From an uncultured delta proteobacterium (GTDB lineage: Bacteria > Myxococcota > B64-G9): a stretch of 64,000 nt of DNA. The notes under the pieces were generated by a model, which worked only from the letters and a program-made list of their open reading frames with translations, was not told the DNA's origin and ran no database searches. The stretch is from assembly GCA_963754925.1 (NCBI GenBank), contig CAVWHX010000006.1:117407-181406 (forward strand), given 5' to 3'. The position numbers and the translations under genes were made by a program. Shown in pieces: positions 38,118 through 48,956 of this stretch; the first letter of the stretch is position 1, and each line of letters begins with the position of its first letter.

Positions 38118-39238
38118 TTTGGCCATGCCTCTGGGTTGAAATTTTCTGAGAATTGGCTGATTACATCAGGGTGATAAAGCAGAGACTCGTATCCAGGTTC
38201 GAACGGTATGCCTTGCCACTGTAACGTCTCGAGGTGCGCGGCGCGCGCGGCATCGTACCCGTAGTCGCTGCCGATCATCTGAGCTGCCTCCATAAGTTCA
38301 TGCTCGTAGAAATTCAGATCTTGGATTGAGGTTTGCCCCGCCTTTAAGCGTTCGAGCATCGCAGTATTGGCGGGGTCCTCGAGTGCCCCTAGCCGTCCTA
38401 GATGTGATTCGATGGTAGCGAGCCCCTCGCTGGTGACGGGTCCCCCCCTTTCCACCGTTCTTCTCGCACCTTCGCCACCGATCCCCAGCAGCGCCATCCC
38501 TGCTGTACTTACCTCCGCTACACTTGCCGTTACAGTAGCTCCTCCTGTGACTAGGAGGCTTGTCCCAGCCCCAAGGGTCAATCCCGCCACCGCGCCGATA
38601 GTACCCCACTTGCCAACGGCTCCCCAGTTAAAGCCTTCCTCGCTATTGGCCGAAGAAATGGCCCCATAAATTGCCCCGGCCGCAGCTCCGATCAATCCCG
38701 TGACTGCCAGGAATGCTACACGGCCATTCGGATCGGCATACTTGTACGGGTTATTGAGAACGTAAGCATACCGATTGAAGGTCGTCGGCTCCGAAAGATT
38801 CGCCCCAGCGGAATCAACGCTGATGAACCTCCCAATCTCCGGCAAGTACATCCGCGCGCCATAATCGTGGAAACCCGTGCCCGGGTCGAAAATCCGGCCG
38901 TTGTACTGTCGGTCTCCGGCCGCCGCCGTGGGCGCGGTCCACGGCTCGCCCCAGGGTTGGTAGTCAAACCGAACGACATTGCCGGAACTATCACTGCGCG
39001 CCAACACGCTCCCGGCAACGTCGGTGTGGTACCACTGCCGCTCGGTGCAAGCAGCGGGCGGTGACACGGTTATGCAACCGTCAACCGCAACCAGCTTGTT
39101 GCCCAAGTAGATATAGTCGCGCAACTTCGCACCGGTCGGCGAGGTCTCGGAGATGATCCGGCCGCTCGCGTCGTAGTGATAGAGCGTGGTCTGCGAAGGT
39201 TCAGTCTTCTGAACGCGCCGCCCAAGCCCATCGTATAG
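38114..39238 (-). CDS. orphan RHS core tip plus C-terminal toxin (FYEHELME...AH motif)
   Basis: about 420 bp nearly identical to 40625-41043; NPYKYADPNG; distinct C-terminus; no convincing start of its own. Confidence 0.85.
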   Translation of the reverse strand, partial: LYDGLGRRVQKTEPSQTTLYHYDASGRIISETSPTGAKLRDYIYLGNKLVAVDGCITVSPPAACTERQWYHTDVAGSVLARSDSSGNVVRFDYQPWGEPWTAPTAAAGDRQYNGRIFDPGTGFHDYGARMYLPEIGRFISVDSAGANLSEPTTFNRYAYVLNNPYKYADPNGRVAFLAVTGLIGAAAGAIYGAISSANSEEGFNWGAVGKWGTIGAVAGLTLGAGTSLLVTGGATVTASVAEVSTAGMALLGIGGEGARRTVERGGPVTSEGLATIESHLGRLGALEDPANTAMLERLKAGQTSIQDLNFYEHELMEAAQMIGSDYGYDAARAAHLETLQWQGIPFEPGYESLLYHPDVISQFSENFNPEAWPK

Positions 39239-39381
39239 ATCGAAAACGCCGGTGCCTGCGATAGCGAACGCAAGCGACAGCCCGCAAAACGATGTTACGT
39301 TTTTCGCACGGTGCATACGCGTCCTCATCCTACTGGTGGATTAGCGGTATTCCTTTGGCAGTAGCAGAAGTGGTGGGGCAC

Positions 39382-39587
39382 ACCAACAGTATCGAGTAGG
39401 TGACCTCTCGGCATGAAGGTAAGTTACATGGAAAGTGGAGTCTGTGGAAAGAATAATGTTAATATCGGAGCAACGTCCCCGAGTATCCTTCCAAAAGTAT
39501 CGAGTCTAGGACCTCTCGGCATGAAGGTAAGTTACATGAAAAGTGGAGTCTGTGGAAAGAATAATGTTAATATCGGAGCAACGTCCC
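39382..39587. repeat. tandem duplication, 108-bp period
   Basis: 39402-39479 matches 39510-39587 with one mismatch. Confidence 0.9.
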
Positions 39588-39763
39588 GTATTACCCACGC
39601 CTGCCCCGCAGCCAGCAGATGAAGATCACCGCCATCCTGGAACCCTTCATCATCCAGCACGCCGGCGAGTAGTAGATCAAGCAGTCAAAAGATCCGAAGA
39701 GGATGGCACCGTTGCTGGGGAGTCGCGTGTCAGGGTCCGACACCTGTTTCCCCTTTTAAACAG

Positions 39764-39985
39764 CTATTCTCTGTCTAAAGAACTTATAAGTGAGGCTGGC
39801 AGTTTCTTGCTGGCGTTCATGACTTCTATACCAATCAAATGCCCTTCAGCATTGAAATCAAGATTTATCTCGCCACCAACTCCGATCGGATCACATAAAT
39901 ATGTTTTGGCTACTCCTGCGATACCAATATCTTCCACAAGATAGATGTAAGCAGCATCAATGCTTGGATCATATGAAATTTTCAT
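39764..39985 (-). CDS. DUF2283 family protein, cognate immunity of RHS1
   Basis: ISYDP..DAAYIYL, INLDFN.EG.LIGIEV.NAS; overlaps the RHS stop. Confidence 0.85.
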   Translation of the reverse strand: MKISYDPSIDAAYIYLVEDIGIAGVAKTYLCDPIGVGGEINLDFNAEGHLIGIEVMNASKKLPASLISSLDRE

Positions 39986-42900
39986 GGCTCGACCGATTGA
40001 AGATTATTGATGTAATTTTGGCTAGCACCTTCTATTACAGTTGTCACAATATTATCGACTATACCTACAAAAATCTCTGATGCCGCATCATAATAACCTG
40101 TTTTCCATATACCTTCATGGAAGTATTGGAAAGGTTCTTGGTTGGTTATCACATTTTCAACAGCATCCAATGAAACACCTCTTTGAGTAATCCGCATCGC
40201 AGCGTGTTCGCTAACCTCTATTGTTCCCTTGTTGAGAAAAATGTTGATTTCGCCTGCTGCGTCACCAACAAAACGAGCTCCCCCCCTTGTCGCAATCCCA
40301 ATAGCTGTACCCGTACCAGCAGTTAGCTCCGCTACGCTCACCGTTGCCGTGCCAGCAAGATAAGCTTCTGCCCCTAATCCAAGTGTCAGACCAGCCACTG
40401 CACCGAAACCACCCCAATAACCAACAGCATTCCAATTAAACCCTTCATCGCTGATAGCAGAAGTGATGGCGCCATAAGCGGCACCAACCGCTAGTCCAAT
40501 AAGTCCTGTGGCCCATGTAGCTATGCGCCCGTTTGGATCGTTATATTTGTACGGATTGTTAAGTACATACGCATACCTATTGAATGTCGTCGGGTTTACC
40601 GTGTCCGACCCCGCCGAATCGACACTGATGAACCTCCCAATCTCCGGCAGGTACATCCGCGCGCCGTAATCGTGGAAACCCGTGCCCGGGTCGAAAATCC
40701 GGCCGTTGTACTGTCGGTCTCCGGCCGCCGCCGTGGGCGCGGTCCAAGGCTCGCCCCAGGGTTGGTAGTCAAACCGAACGACATTGCCGGAACTATCACT
40801 GCGCGCCAACACGCTCCCGGCAACGTCGGTGTGGTACCACTGCCGCTCGGTGCAAGCAGCGGGCGGTGACACGGTTATGCAACCGTCAACCGCAACCAGC
40901 TTGTTGCCCAAGTAGATATAGTCGCGCAACTTCGCACCGGTCGGCGAGGTCTCGGAGATGATCCGGCCGCTCGCGTCGTAGTGGTAGAGTGTGGTCTGCG
41001 AAGGCTCGGCCTTCAGAACGCGTCGCCCAAGCCCATCGTATAGGTAACTAACGCCATCTGATGAGGTGGCAAGCCGGCCGGCGAGATCCCAGGTGAAGGT
41101 CATGGTTTTAAACGGTGCGGGACCGCCCGTCGCATAAGCCAACCGATTAGTTTGTGGGTCATAAGTGTAGGTCGTGGTATACGTGCCCACCGATTTCATA
41201 ATTCGATTGCCCAAATCGTCGTAATCGTAAACAGCGCTTCCCCACAGAGACGACGCTATCGAGGTCTCAATTCGGTCGAGTTTGTCATAGGTCATTGTTC
41301 GGCTTGAATTTGGCACCGCCGCGTTGTTGAACGAAAGGACGTTGTCGGCGCCGTCGTAGCCGTACGCCAAATCGACGACTCCGGTTGACGTCACGCTTTT
41401 CCCTCGCGCCCGATCGTCATAGGTGAGCGTCGTTGCCTTGCCGTTGCCGTACGTCATCCCCTTTACCTGACCGGATGGATGGTAAGAAATGTTGTTTACG
41501 ATAGATGAGCCCCCGATCGATATCGTCTTTACCCGGTTGTCGGTATCGCAGGTCATCGTGATCGTCGTCCCGGTGGGATAGGTCATCGAGTCAAGACAGC
41601 CGGCCGCATTGTAGTGGTAGGTTGTCGTGTACACCTTCCCGGCATACGTCCATGTCTGCGAAGTCATTCGATTGATCTCGTCGTACCCATAGACGAACGC
41701 GCCGCCGTTGGTGCTGGCGATTGTCGCTACGTTGTTAGCGTTATCGTAGTTTTTGGATACATCGTCGGGCGACCCACTCTGATAGGTGATGGTCCGCAGT
41801 CGGCTCAATGGGTCGTTGTAGCCGTACGTCGCCTGGACGCCTCGCGCGTCTGTCTTACTGGTCATCTGCCCGATAGCGTTTCGTCCGTAGGTCGTAGAGC
41901 CGCTCTCGCTCGTTGTCTCGCTCGTTAAGAATTGAGTTATGTAGTCGTATGCATAACTGCGATTGCCCATCGAGAGCGGCGCGTTGACGGTATTAACATT
42001 CCCATAAGCGCTATAGAGATACTGCCAGATATTGCCATTGGCGTCGGTGAGGTGCAAAAGCCGCTGCTCCTCGGGATTGCCGCAGGACATATTGCAGCGG
42101 ATCGTCGTGCAGGTGTCGCCCGAGGCGCGCTGAATAGTGCTCGTGATGCAGTTCTGCGAGAAGGAATGCGTGATAGCACACGCTCCAGGCACATCACAGG
42201 TTCCGGCTCCCGGCCGGTAGGCCTTGGTTTGTTGTATGACGCGCCCAAGCCCGTCAAAGTCCAGCTTCTCGCCAACCTCTACGATTGTGCCGTCGTAGGG
42301 ATACGACTTGAACCAATTGCGGCCCATGTTATCGTAGTGCATGCTGGTTAAAATGCCCTCCGAGTCGCTGGTAGAGATAACCCGGCCAAACCCATCCAGG
42401 TTGCTCGTTTTCGTATAGCCGCCCCGTGTTAAAGTACACCGCGGAGCCGTCGGTAGCGTAGGTATAAGAGGTGGATTGGCTTGTGCCTGGCGGAGCCAGT
42501 ACACTGATTCTGCCTATGTCGTCGAGAGTATAGTGGGTGGTGTAGCCACGGCCGTTCGTCTCTGAGAGTATCCATCCTTCCCAGGATGTGCTGCGCGAAA
42601 TACCAAAAGCACCGTCGAAGTAAAGGCTCGTTGGCGTGCCGTTTCCTGTCACGTAGCCATCAAGCATCAAACTTTGATTGAGCGCATTGGTCACCTTCGC
42701 AAGATTACCGTACAGGTCGTAGCCGAACGTGGTCGTGATCCCCGCATGTGTCTCGCTATCTTTGGCATCGTTGGGTCCATTGTAACTCCAGCCGTTGACG
42801 AAGCACTCGCCTTGCACACAAACGTGCTGATATGTCGGACGGCCGCGAACAATGTTGTTGTTCAGATCGTAGAAGTACGACCAATCCGTAGATCGGGAGT

Positions 42901-44389
42901 ACTGACCGCTTTCGCTCACCTGTTCAGGCTGACCGTAATTGTCGAAGAAAGAATTGAAGGTAACGTAAGTAGCGCCATCGCGGACTAGCACCCGTTGCGC
43001 CAACACCGCCGGGAAAACCGCCGTGTCCCAGATGAAATAAGTGCCGCAGTTACCAGAGTAAACCGGCGCAGAATAGATGGCAGTCGAGATCGGGCTATAC
43101 GATGTACCCCAAGTGAACGTTTCCACATCGGCTCCATTGGCGCGGGAGATCTCCTGGGTGAGCCCCACCATCCAGGTGTACCCGGTCATATGTTGGCCGA
43201 CTACGTACCCGAATCCGTAGATGCTATACGTATCCTGCATCCCGTCGGGGCGTCCGATAGTCGTAACGTGCATCCCCGTGTTTGGGGGGGCCGGCGAGTT
43301 GTACGAAAAACTCCAGCTCCCAGCCGTCACATTACGACCACTCACGGTTCGACTCGTAACCACCGAGAAGGGTACCGTATCGCGGCCGGTGAAGAAGTTC
43401 ACGCTCCCATACCCATAGGTGACGATCCCACCATTGGGATACGTAATCGTGCTGAGCGCGTATTGGTTCTGAGCCACCGAGTTGTTTATGCCGTACGAGT
43501 AACTGTAGCCGGGACCTACCGGTGGTGTGACAGAAGTGAGGAAACGCCTGCTGCTGCCAGTGAGGGGCACCGTATAGCTTGTATATCCAAATGAGTAGGT
43601 CTTCCCGTTGACGTGTATCGACCTGAGCCGCTTCCCCTCCGCTTGCGTGATCGTATCATAGGTAAAACCTATTTCTCGATCGTAACTGTCGATTATGCTG
43701 CTTATTGCTCCAGTGTTATCTTGTACATAGTTTATCGAGATTCTGTTCCCGAAGGCGTCAACGATGGCGCTCACCGGCCATATCGGGGTACTTATATTGT
43801 AAACGTATTGGTTAGCGGCCGTGTTTGAAAACTCGTAGCGCACTCCGGTGTCGGACCAAACACAGGTGCCAGTTCCACCCAACTCTTTGCACTTCGGATC
43901 CAGCTTCCAATAATCTTTGGAGACAAAGATACCATTACAGTATGTTGGATAGAAAACATGCGCTGTGCCATCAGGCTCTTCGAAGATGGGGAAATCGCCA
44001 TAACAGGTTCCCGCAAGACCGCTGCCGTGCGGGTTTTTGAGCCGACCCATGTGGAAAATCCACCCATACCCCAGGACCGAGTGCTCTTTCTCTGCCAAAA
44101 ATGGTTCCAAGTTCAAGAGGTCGTCCCGGCCCCAGATCTTACTATTGTACGTTCGCACAATCCGGAGATCCAACCCGGCTTTACCGGGCAGGACCAGATC
44201 CTCATGAACGATACGCAGGATACCCGTGAATGGATCTACGCTTTCCCCCGGCGCGTCCTGGAAAAAAGGCTTCTGTTCTTTCGAAGTGTATCGAAAAAAC
44301 TGGTCGAAGACGTCGCCCACGGCTTGGGCTTTGACACGTTCGACGAACGAGAACATTACAATAACGATCAAAGCCAATCTTAGAGGCAT
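39982..44389 (-). CDS. RHS1: signal peptide, DUF6531-like region, YD repeats, RHS core and DUF4258-like C-terminal toxin; +1 frameshift near 42437
   Basis: VDPFTG..DL.LPG..L...RTYNS; YD repeats; GARMY.PEIGRF, NPYKYNDPNG; tip SEHAAMRITQRGVS. Confidence 0.85.
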
Positions 44390-44609
44390 AAGGGTAACAT
44401 CGCTCGATATAAGATGTTTTAGGCTACCGACAAGACGACATGGTCGATCCAACCGCCTACTCACAGCCCTGTTCGATTCGGTGACATCAGTCGGATTGTC
44501 AGCTTTTTTTACCAGGTTCGTTGAGCCGTTATGTAATAACATGATTCCTCCAATCACATTTCACTGCAGGGCAGAAACAGGCACAAAGCGCAACATCTCG
44601 CGATTTTTG

Positions 44610-46991
44610 TCATCTAATCCCACTCGCTTCGTTCGAGTACCCCGTGTATCCACCGGCCGAATTGTACGCACGCACCTGATAGTAGTACGTCACCCCAGAG
44701 CTCGCTGTAGAGTCCGTGTATGAAGCCTGACTCGGCGTGGTGGAGTTATTGTTAAACGCCGACCCGATCTCCGCATATGGCCCCGTCGCTCCTACCTTAC
44801 GATCCACTTCGAAATCCTCCTCGTTCGTCGTGTTGTCTGTCCATGTCAGTATCAGATTTACCCCATCCGACGTTACCGTCAGCCCCGAAGGCGCCACAGT
44901 TGTCGACTGAGCCACGCTCACTATATTTGAGTACCCCGTATATCCTCCACTTTGCGTATACGCACGCACCCGATAGGAATACATTACCCCAAATTGAATC
45001 GTGGCGTCCTCACAGGTAGACCCCACACCCGTCCAGAACACCACGTACGGCCCCGTTGCTCCGACCTGGCGTTCCAGCTGAAAGCCGTACTCGTTCGTCG
45101 TGTTGTCTGTCCATGTCAGCATCAGATCCATCCCATCCGCCGTCGCCGTCAGCCCCGAAGGCGCCACAGTAGTCGACTGAGCCCCACTCGCTTCGTTCGA
45201 GTACCCCGTGTACCCACCACCGGTGAGGCTCGCACGCACCCGATAGTAGTACGTCACCCCAGGTTGCACCGTCGCGTCACTGTACACCGTGTCGACCACC
45301 TCCACGATCTCCGCGTACACCCCCATTGCACCTGGCTTACGCTCCACACTGAAAAATACCGTGCTGTTCGCCGAGTTGTCTGTCCACGTTAGCTTAAGAT
45401 TCATCCCGTCCGCAGTTACCGTCAACCCAGATGGCGCACTTGGATCAACCGACGACGACGTAGTTGCAATGGCTTCATTAGAGGGAGCCGAGTTACCACC
45501 AGGACCATTAGCCATTACACGATAGTAGTAGGTGGTACTTGCGGTTATCCCCGTGTCCGTGTACATTATTGAGTTTGCATCGACCTGAACAATTGGAGCG
45601 TAACTTCCTGATATCCCAGTCTTCCGCTGGATCGTAAAACCAACTTCGTTACTCGAATTATTCGTCCAGGAAAGATTGACTTGGCTTGCGTACACTGCGG
45701 TTGCCGTGAGGTTGCTCGGGGCTGCTGGCGGTGGTGCCACGGTGGTGGCATTTGCCTCATTCGAATATGGAGAATTCCCCGCCGACCCACTTGCCCTTAC
45801 TCGGTAGTAGTACGTCGTACTCGGCGAAAGGCCCGAATCAACATAGTATATAACGTTCGCCGCAACTTGGCCGATTTGTGTGTATGTGCCTGCTTCGAAG
45901 GTCTTCCGTTCGATGAGAAATCCTGTCTCATTGTTTGAATTATCGGTCCAAAAGATGAGTACAGCAGTTGAGTTAGCATAGGCTTGGAGGTTTGATGGCG
46001 CCGCTGGTGGTGGTGCCGGGGTGGTGGCATATGTCTCATTCGAATAGGGAGAATACTCCACCCCTGCAATTGCTCGTACTCGGTAGTAGTACGTCGTACT
46101 CGGCGAAAGGCCCGAGTCAACATAGAATATGACGTTCGCGGCAACTTGGCCGATTGGTGTGTATGTACCTCCTACACCGATCTTTCGTTCGATGACGAAT
46201 CCCGTTTCATTATTCGAATTATCGGTCCACTCTATTAAGACAATATTTGTACCAGCCCAAGCAGCGAGGTTTGTTGGCGCCGCTGGCGAAGGTCCGAAAG
46301 TGGTAACGCTCACTTCATTCGAATATACAGAAGTACCAGTTGACCCAACTGCCCGCACTCGATAATAGTATGCGGTATTCGGCGTCACGCCCGAGTCAAC
46401 ATAGAATATGACGTTCGCCGCAACTTGGCCGATTTGTGTGTATGTGCCTCCTACGCCGGTCTTTCGTTCGATAAGGAAACCCGTTTCATTATTCGAATTA
46501 TCGGTCCAAAAGATGAGTACAGCAGTTGAGTTAGCATAGGCTTGGAGGTTTGATGGCGCCGCTGGTGGTGGTGCCGGAGTGGTGGCATATGCCTCATTCG
46601 AAGAGGGGGAATTTCCTGCGCCCCCAGTTGCCGTTACTCGGTAGTAGTACGTCGTACTCGGCGTCAGGCCCGAGTCAACATAGTATATGACGTTCGCGGC
46701 AACTTGGCCGATTGGTGTGTATGTGCCTCCTGCGCCGGTCTTCCGTTCGATAAGGAAACTCGTTTCATTATTCGAATTATCGGTCCAAAAGATGAGCACA
46801 GCAGTTGAGCCAGCATAGGCTTGGAGGTTTGATGGCGCCTGCGGAACAGTCGTCGCATCCAGTATTCCGGTGAGGTTGCCCATTTGGTCATACGTAAAGT
46901 CGACTCGATTGGTCGTCTGAGCAGCTCCAGGAGATGCACAAAGAAAAACGATGAGAACCACACCTATCAATATCCTAATAAGACGACCCAT
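44610..46991 (-). CDS. secreted protein with eight fibronectin type III repeats and one N-terminal YD-like motif
   Basis: signal peptide, FTYDQMGNL, 8x APS.L...WTDN...ER....YYYRVRA...SN. Confidence 0.9.
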   Translation of the reverse strand: MGRLIRILIGVVLIVFLCASPGAAQTTNRVDFTYDQMGNLTGILDATTVPQAPSNLQAYAGSTAVLIFWTDNSNNETSFLIERKTGAGGTYTPIGQVAANVIYYVDSGLTPSTTYYYRVTATGGAGNSPSSNEAYATTPAPPPAAPSNLQAYANSTAVLIFWTDNSNNETGFLIERKTGVGGTYTQIGQVAANVIFYVDSGVTPNTAYYYRVRAVGSTGTSVYSNEVSVTTFGPSPAAPTNLAAWAGTNIVLIEWTDNSNNETGFVIERKIGVGGTYTPIGQVAANVIFYVDSGLSPSTTYYYRVRAIAGVEYSPYSNETYATTPAPPPAAPSNLQAYANSTAVLIFWTDNSNNETGFLIERKTFEAGTYTQIGQVAANVIYYVDSGLSPSTTYYYRVRASGSAGNSPYSNEANATTVAPPPAAPSNLTATAVYASQVNLSWTNNSSNEVGFTIQRKTGISGSYAPIVQVDANSIMYTDTGITASTTYYYRVMANGPGGNSAPSNEAIATTSSSVDPSAPSGLTVTADGMNLKLTWTDNSANSTVFFSVERKPGAMGVYAEIVEVVDTVYSDATVQPGVTYYYRVRASLTGGGYTGYSNEASGAQSTTVAPSGLTATADGMDLMLTWTDNTTNEYGFQLERQVGATGPYVVFWTGVGSTCEDATIQFGVMYSYRVRAYTQSGGYTGYSNIVSVAQSTTVAPSGLTVTSDGVNLILTWTDNTTNEEDFEVDRKVGATGPYAEIGSAFNNNSTTPSQASYTDSTASSGVTYYYQVRAYNSAGGYTGYSNEASGIR

Positions 46992-47325
46992 TGTCGGCCT
47001 CCGATCATAAAAACCGCCTTCATAAGGATAGGAAACATAAACGCGGTCTATGTTCTTTTGTTACTATGGTGAGACAAGGCGCAGGGACCGGACAACGTTC
47101 TCCCGCGGATGCTCGATCCCCCCTCTTGATATCAGCTGCCGAGGGCATAGCGTTCTTTCCTTCCCCAATGGAGCTGAGTAACGTAACCATTTCCATATTC
47201 AAATGAAATTGTTTGTTTCATCCACATTTAATAACCAGGAATCGCTTTTCGTTTTTGACCTACTTCGTATAAATTAAACGTGGTTCATTGCGTTCCTCGC
47301 CTAAAAAAGTAGAAATCAGCTCCTA

Positions 47326-47432
47326 GTGCTTGCTCTATTCTTGGTTTTGAAAAACTATAGAGGAAGGCGACTACCTGAAAGCTACCTGAAAACTACCTCA
47401 ATAATGCTGGGAAGTTATGTGGTAAATTGAGC
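47326..47432 (-). promoter_or_regulatory. conserved RHS-operon promoter with three 11-bp-spaced CTACCT repeats and TATAGT -10 box
   Basis: homologous to 58376-58471; repeats at 47371, 47382 and 47393. Confidence 0.75.
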
Positions 47433-47746
47433 CGGACTATGTACCATCCGATTCTCAGATTCTCAATTGCTTATAGCTGATCCCTTTTCCCCAAGAATCT
47501 CCGCATTAATATTTTCCAATGACGAAATTTAGATTACGTTGTAGTTCCTATATAGCAAATGAGCCCAACGGCCTTCAAATCGATCTTTTATGTAGGATTG
47601 AAACGAGATCCAGCAGTTTTTTCTTACTGCTACCAACTATCGATTGTCACAACTTATGTGCGTAGAACCAGTGACGTGCCCCCCGAAAACTGGACCATTT
47701 TCAATGAGAGTTCCTTCGGCTAGAATGCCGGAAAGGAGCTTGCTCA

Positions 47747-48013
47747 ATGAAAGGGAAACGGTTTTCTGAGGATAAGATCATCGGGATATTGAAAGAAGCC
47801 GAAGCGGGGGTGAAGCTGTCTGATCTCTGTCGCACACATGGCTTCTGCGAACAAACGTACTACCGTTGGAAATCCAAGTACGGCGGGATGGACGTCAGCG
47901 AGGCGCGGCGGCTGAAGCAGCTTGAGGAAGAAAACCGAAGGCTGAAGCGTGCCGTGGCCGATCTCACTCTCGACAACCAGATCTTGAGGGATATCAACTC
48001 AAGAAAATGGTGA
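47747..48013 (+). CDS. IS3 transposase OrfA
   Basis: KRFSE..II.ILKE, TYYRWKSKYGGM, RLKQLEEEN.RLK. Confidence 0.93.
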   Translation: MKGKRFSEDKIIGILKEAEAGVKLSDLCRTHGFCEQTYYRWKSKYGGMDVSEARRLKQLEEENRRLKRAVADLTLDNQILRDINSRKW

Positions 48014-48918
48014 AGCCCGCAGCGCGAAAGCAGGCCGTTGTGCATGCCCGCGAGGAATTTGGGGTGAGCGAACGACGCGCCTGCGGGCTGATGAGGATCG
48101 GGCGATCGAGCTTTCGGTACCGTTCGGTAGGCCAACTGTATCCGCAGTTGCGGGAGCGTCTTTTAGAGCTTGCGGCGCAGCGGGTACGCTTCGGATATCG
48201 ACGGTTGCAGGTGTTATTGCGGCGGGAAGGGTATGTGGTGAATCACAAGCGGGTGTATCGGCTGTATCGGCAAGAGGGATTGAGCGTGAGGAAGAAGCAG
48301 CGCAAGAGATACCGGAGCATCGCGCGGCAGCCGCTGCGTCTTCCGGAAGGACTCAACGAGCGATGGTCGATGGATTTTCTATCTGATTGTCTCTCAGATG
48401 GGCGACGGTTGAAGGTGTTGAGCGTGCTGGATGAATTCAGTCGAGAGAGTCTTGCCTTACCCGTAGACACGTCCATTTCCGGCAGCCGGGTGGCCAGGAT
48501 TTTGGACGATATTGCCGCTGAACGGGGTAGGTATCCCGAAGCGATGGTGACGGATAACGGTCCGGAGTTCACGAGTCGTGCGCTGGACCTCTGGGCGTAC
48601 CGGCATGGGGTGCAGTTGCATTTTATCGAGCCAGGCAAGCCGGTGCAGAATGCCCTGATCGAAAGCTTCAACGGCAAATTTCGAGATGAATGTCTCAATC
48701 AACATTGGTTTATAAATCTACAAGATGCTCGTAATAAAATCGAATCATGGCGGATGGATTACAATCATGTGCGGCCACACAGCTCGCTGGGACAGGAGAC
48801 ACCGGCGGAGTTCGCGCGACAGTTTTCAGAGCTTCGGTCGCCTCCGGCTCCCTTCGCTCTGAAAACTGGTGTTGCTATGGATAAAGGAACGATGGTTAAC
48901 CATGAACAACTCTCATAG
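48007..48918 (+). CDS. IS3 transposase OrfB (integrase core)
   Basis: FGYRR, WSMDF, TDNGPEF, PGKP.QNA.IESFNG. Confidence 0.93.
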   Translation: MVKPAARKQAVVHAREEFGVSERRACGLMRIGRSSFRYRSVGQLYPQLRERLLELAAQRVRFGYRRLQVLLRREGYVVNHKRVYRLYRQEGLSVRKKQRKRYRSIARQPLRLPEGLNERWSMDFLSDCLSDGRRLKVLSVLDEFSRESLALPVDTSISGSRVARILDDIAAERGRYPEAMVTDNGPEFTSRALDLWAYRHGVQLHFIEPGKPVQNALIESFNGKFRDECLNQHWFINLQDARNKIESWRMDYNHVRPHSSLGQETPAEFARQFSELRSPPAPFALKTGVAMDKGTMVNHEQLS

Positions 48919-48956
48919 AGAGTGGTCCTATGAACGGGGGCACGTCACCAGCCCAG

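Larger units (their letters stand above)
47672..48947 (+). mobile_element. IS3 family element (IS407 group)
   Basis: TG...CA ends, inverted repeat tgacgtgccccc..ggacca, 4-bp target duplication CCAG. Confidence 0.93.

Noticed and set aside
39239..39328. N-terminus MRTRMHRAK... of the orphan RHS
   Set aside because: Lies outside the RHS homology and looks like a chance open frame
39382..39587. possible CRISPR or ORF (69-aa MKVSYM repeat)
   Set aside because: Only two long units; the ORF is a by-product of the duplication
38820..41043. diversity-generating retroelement TR/VR pair
   Set aside because: No reverse transcriptase in the window and the differences are not adenine-specific; orphan RHS homology explains it
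44610..46991. DNA tandem repeats as a separate element
   Set aside because: Fully explained by the FN3 coding repeats
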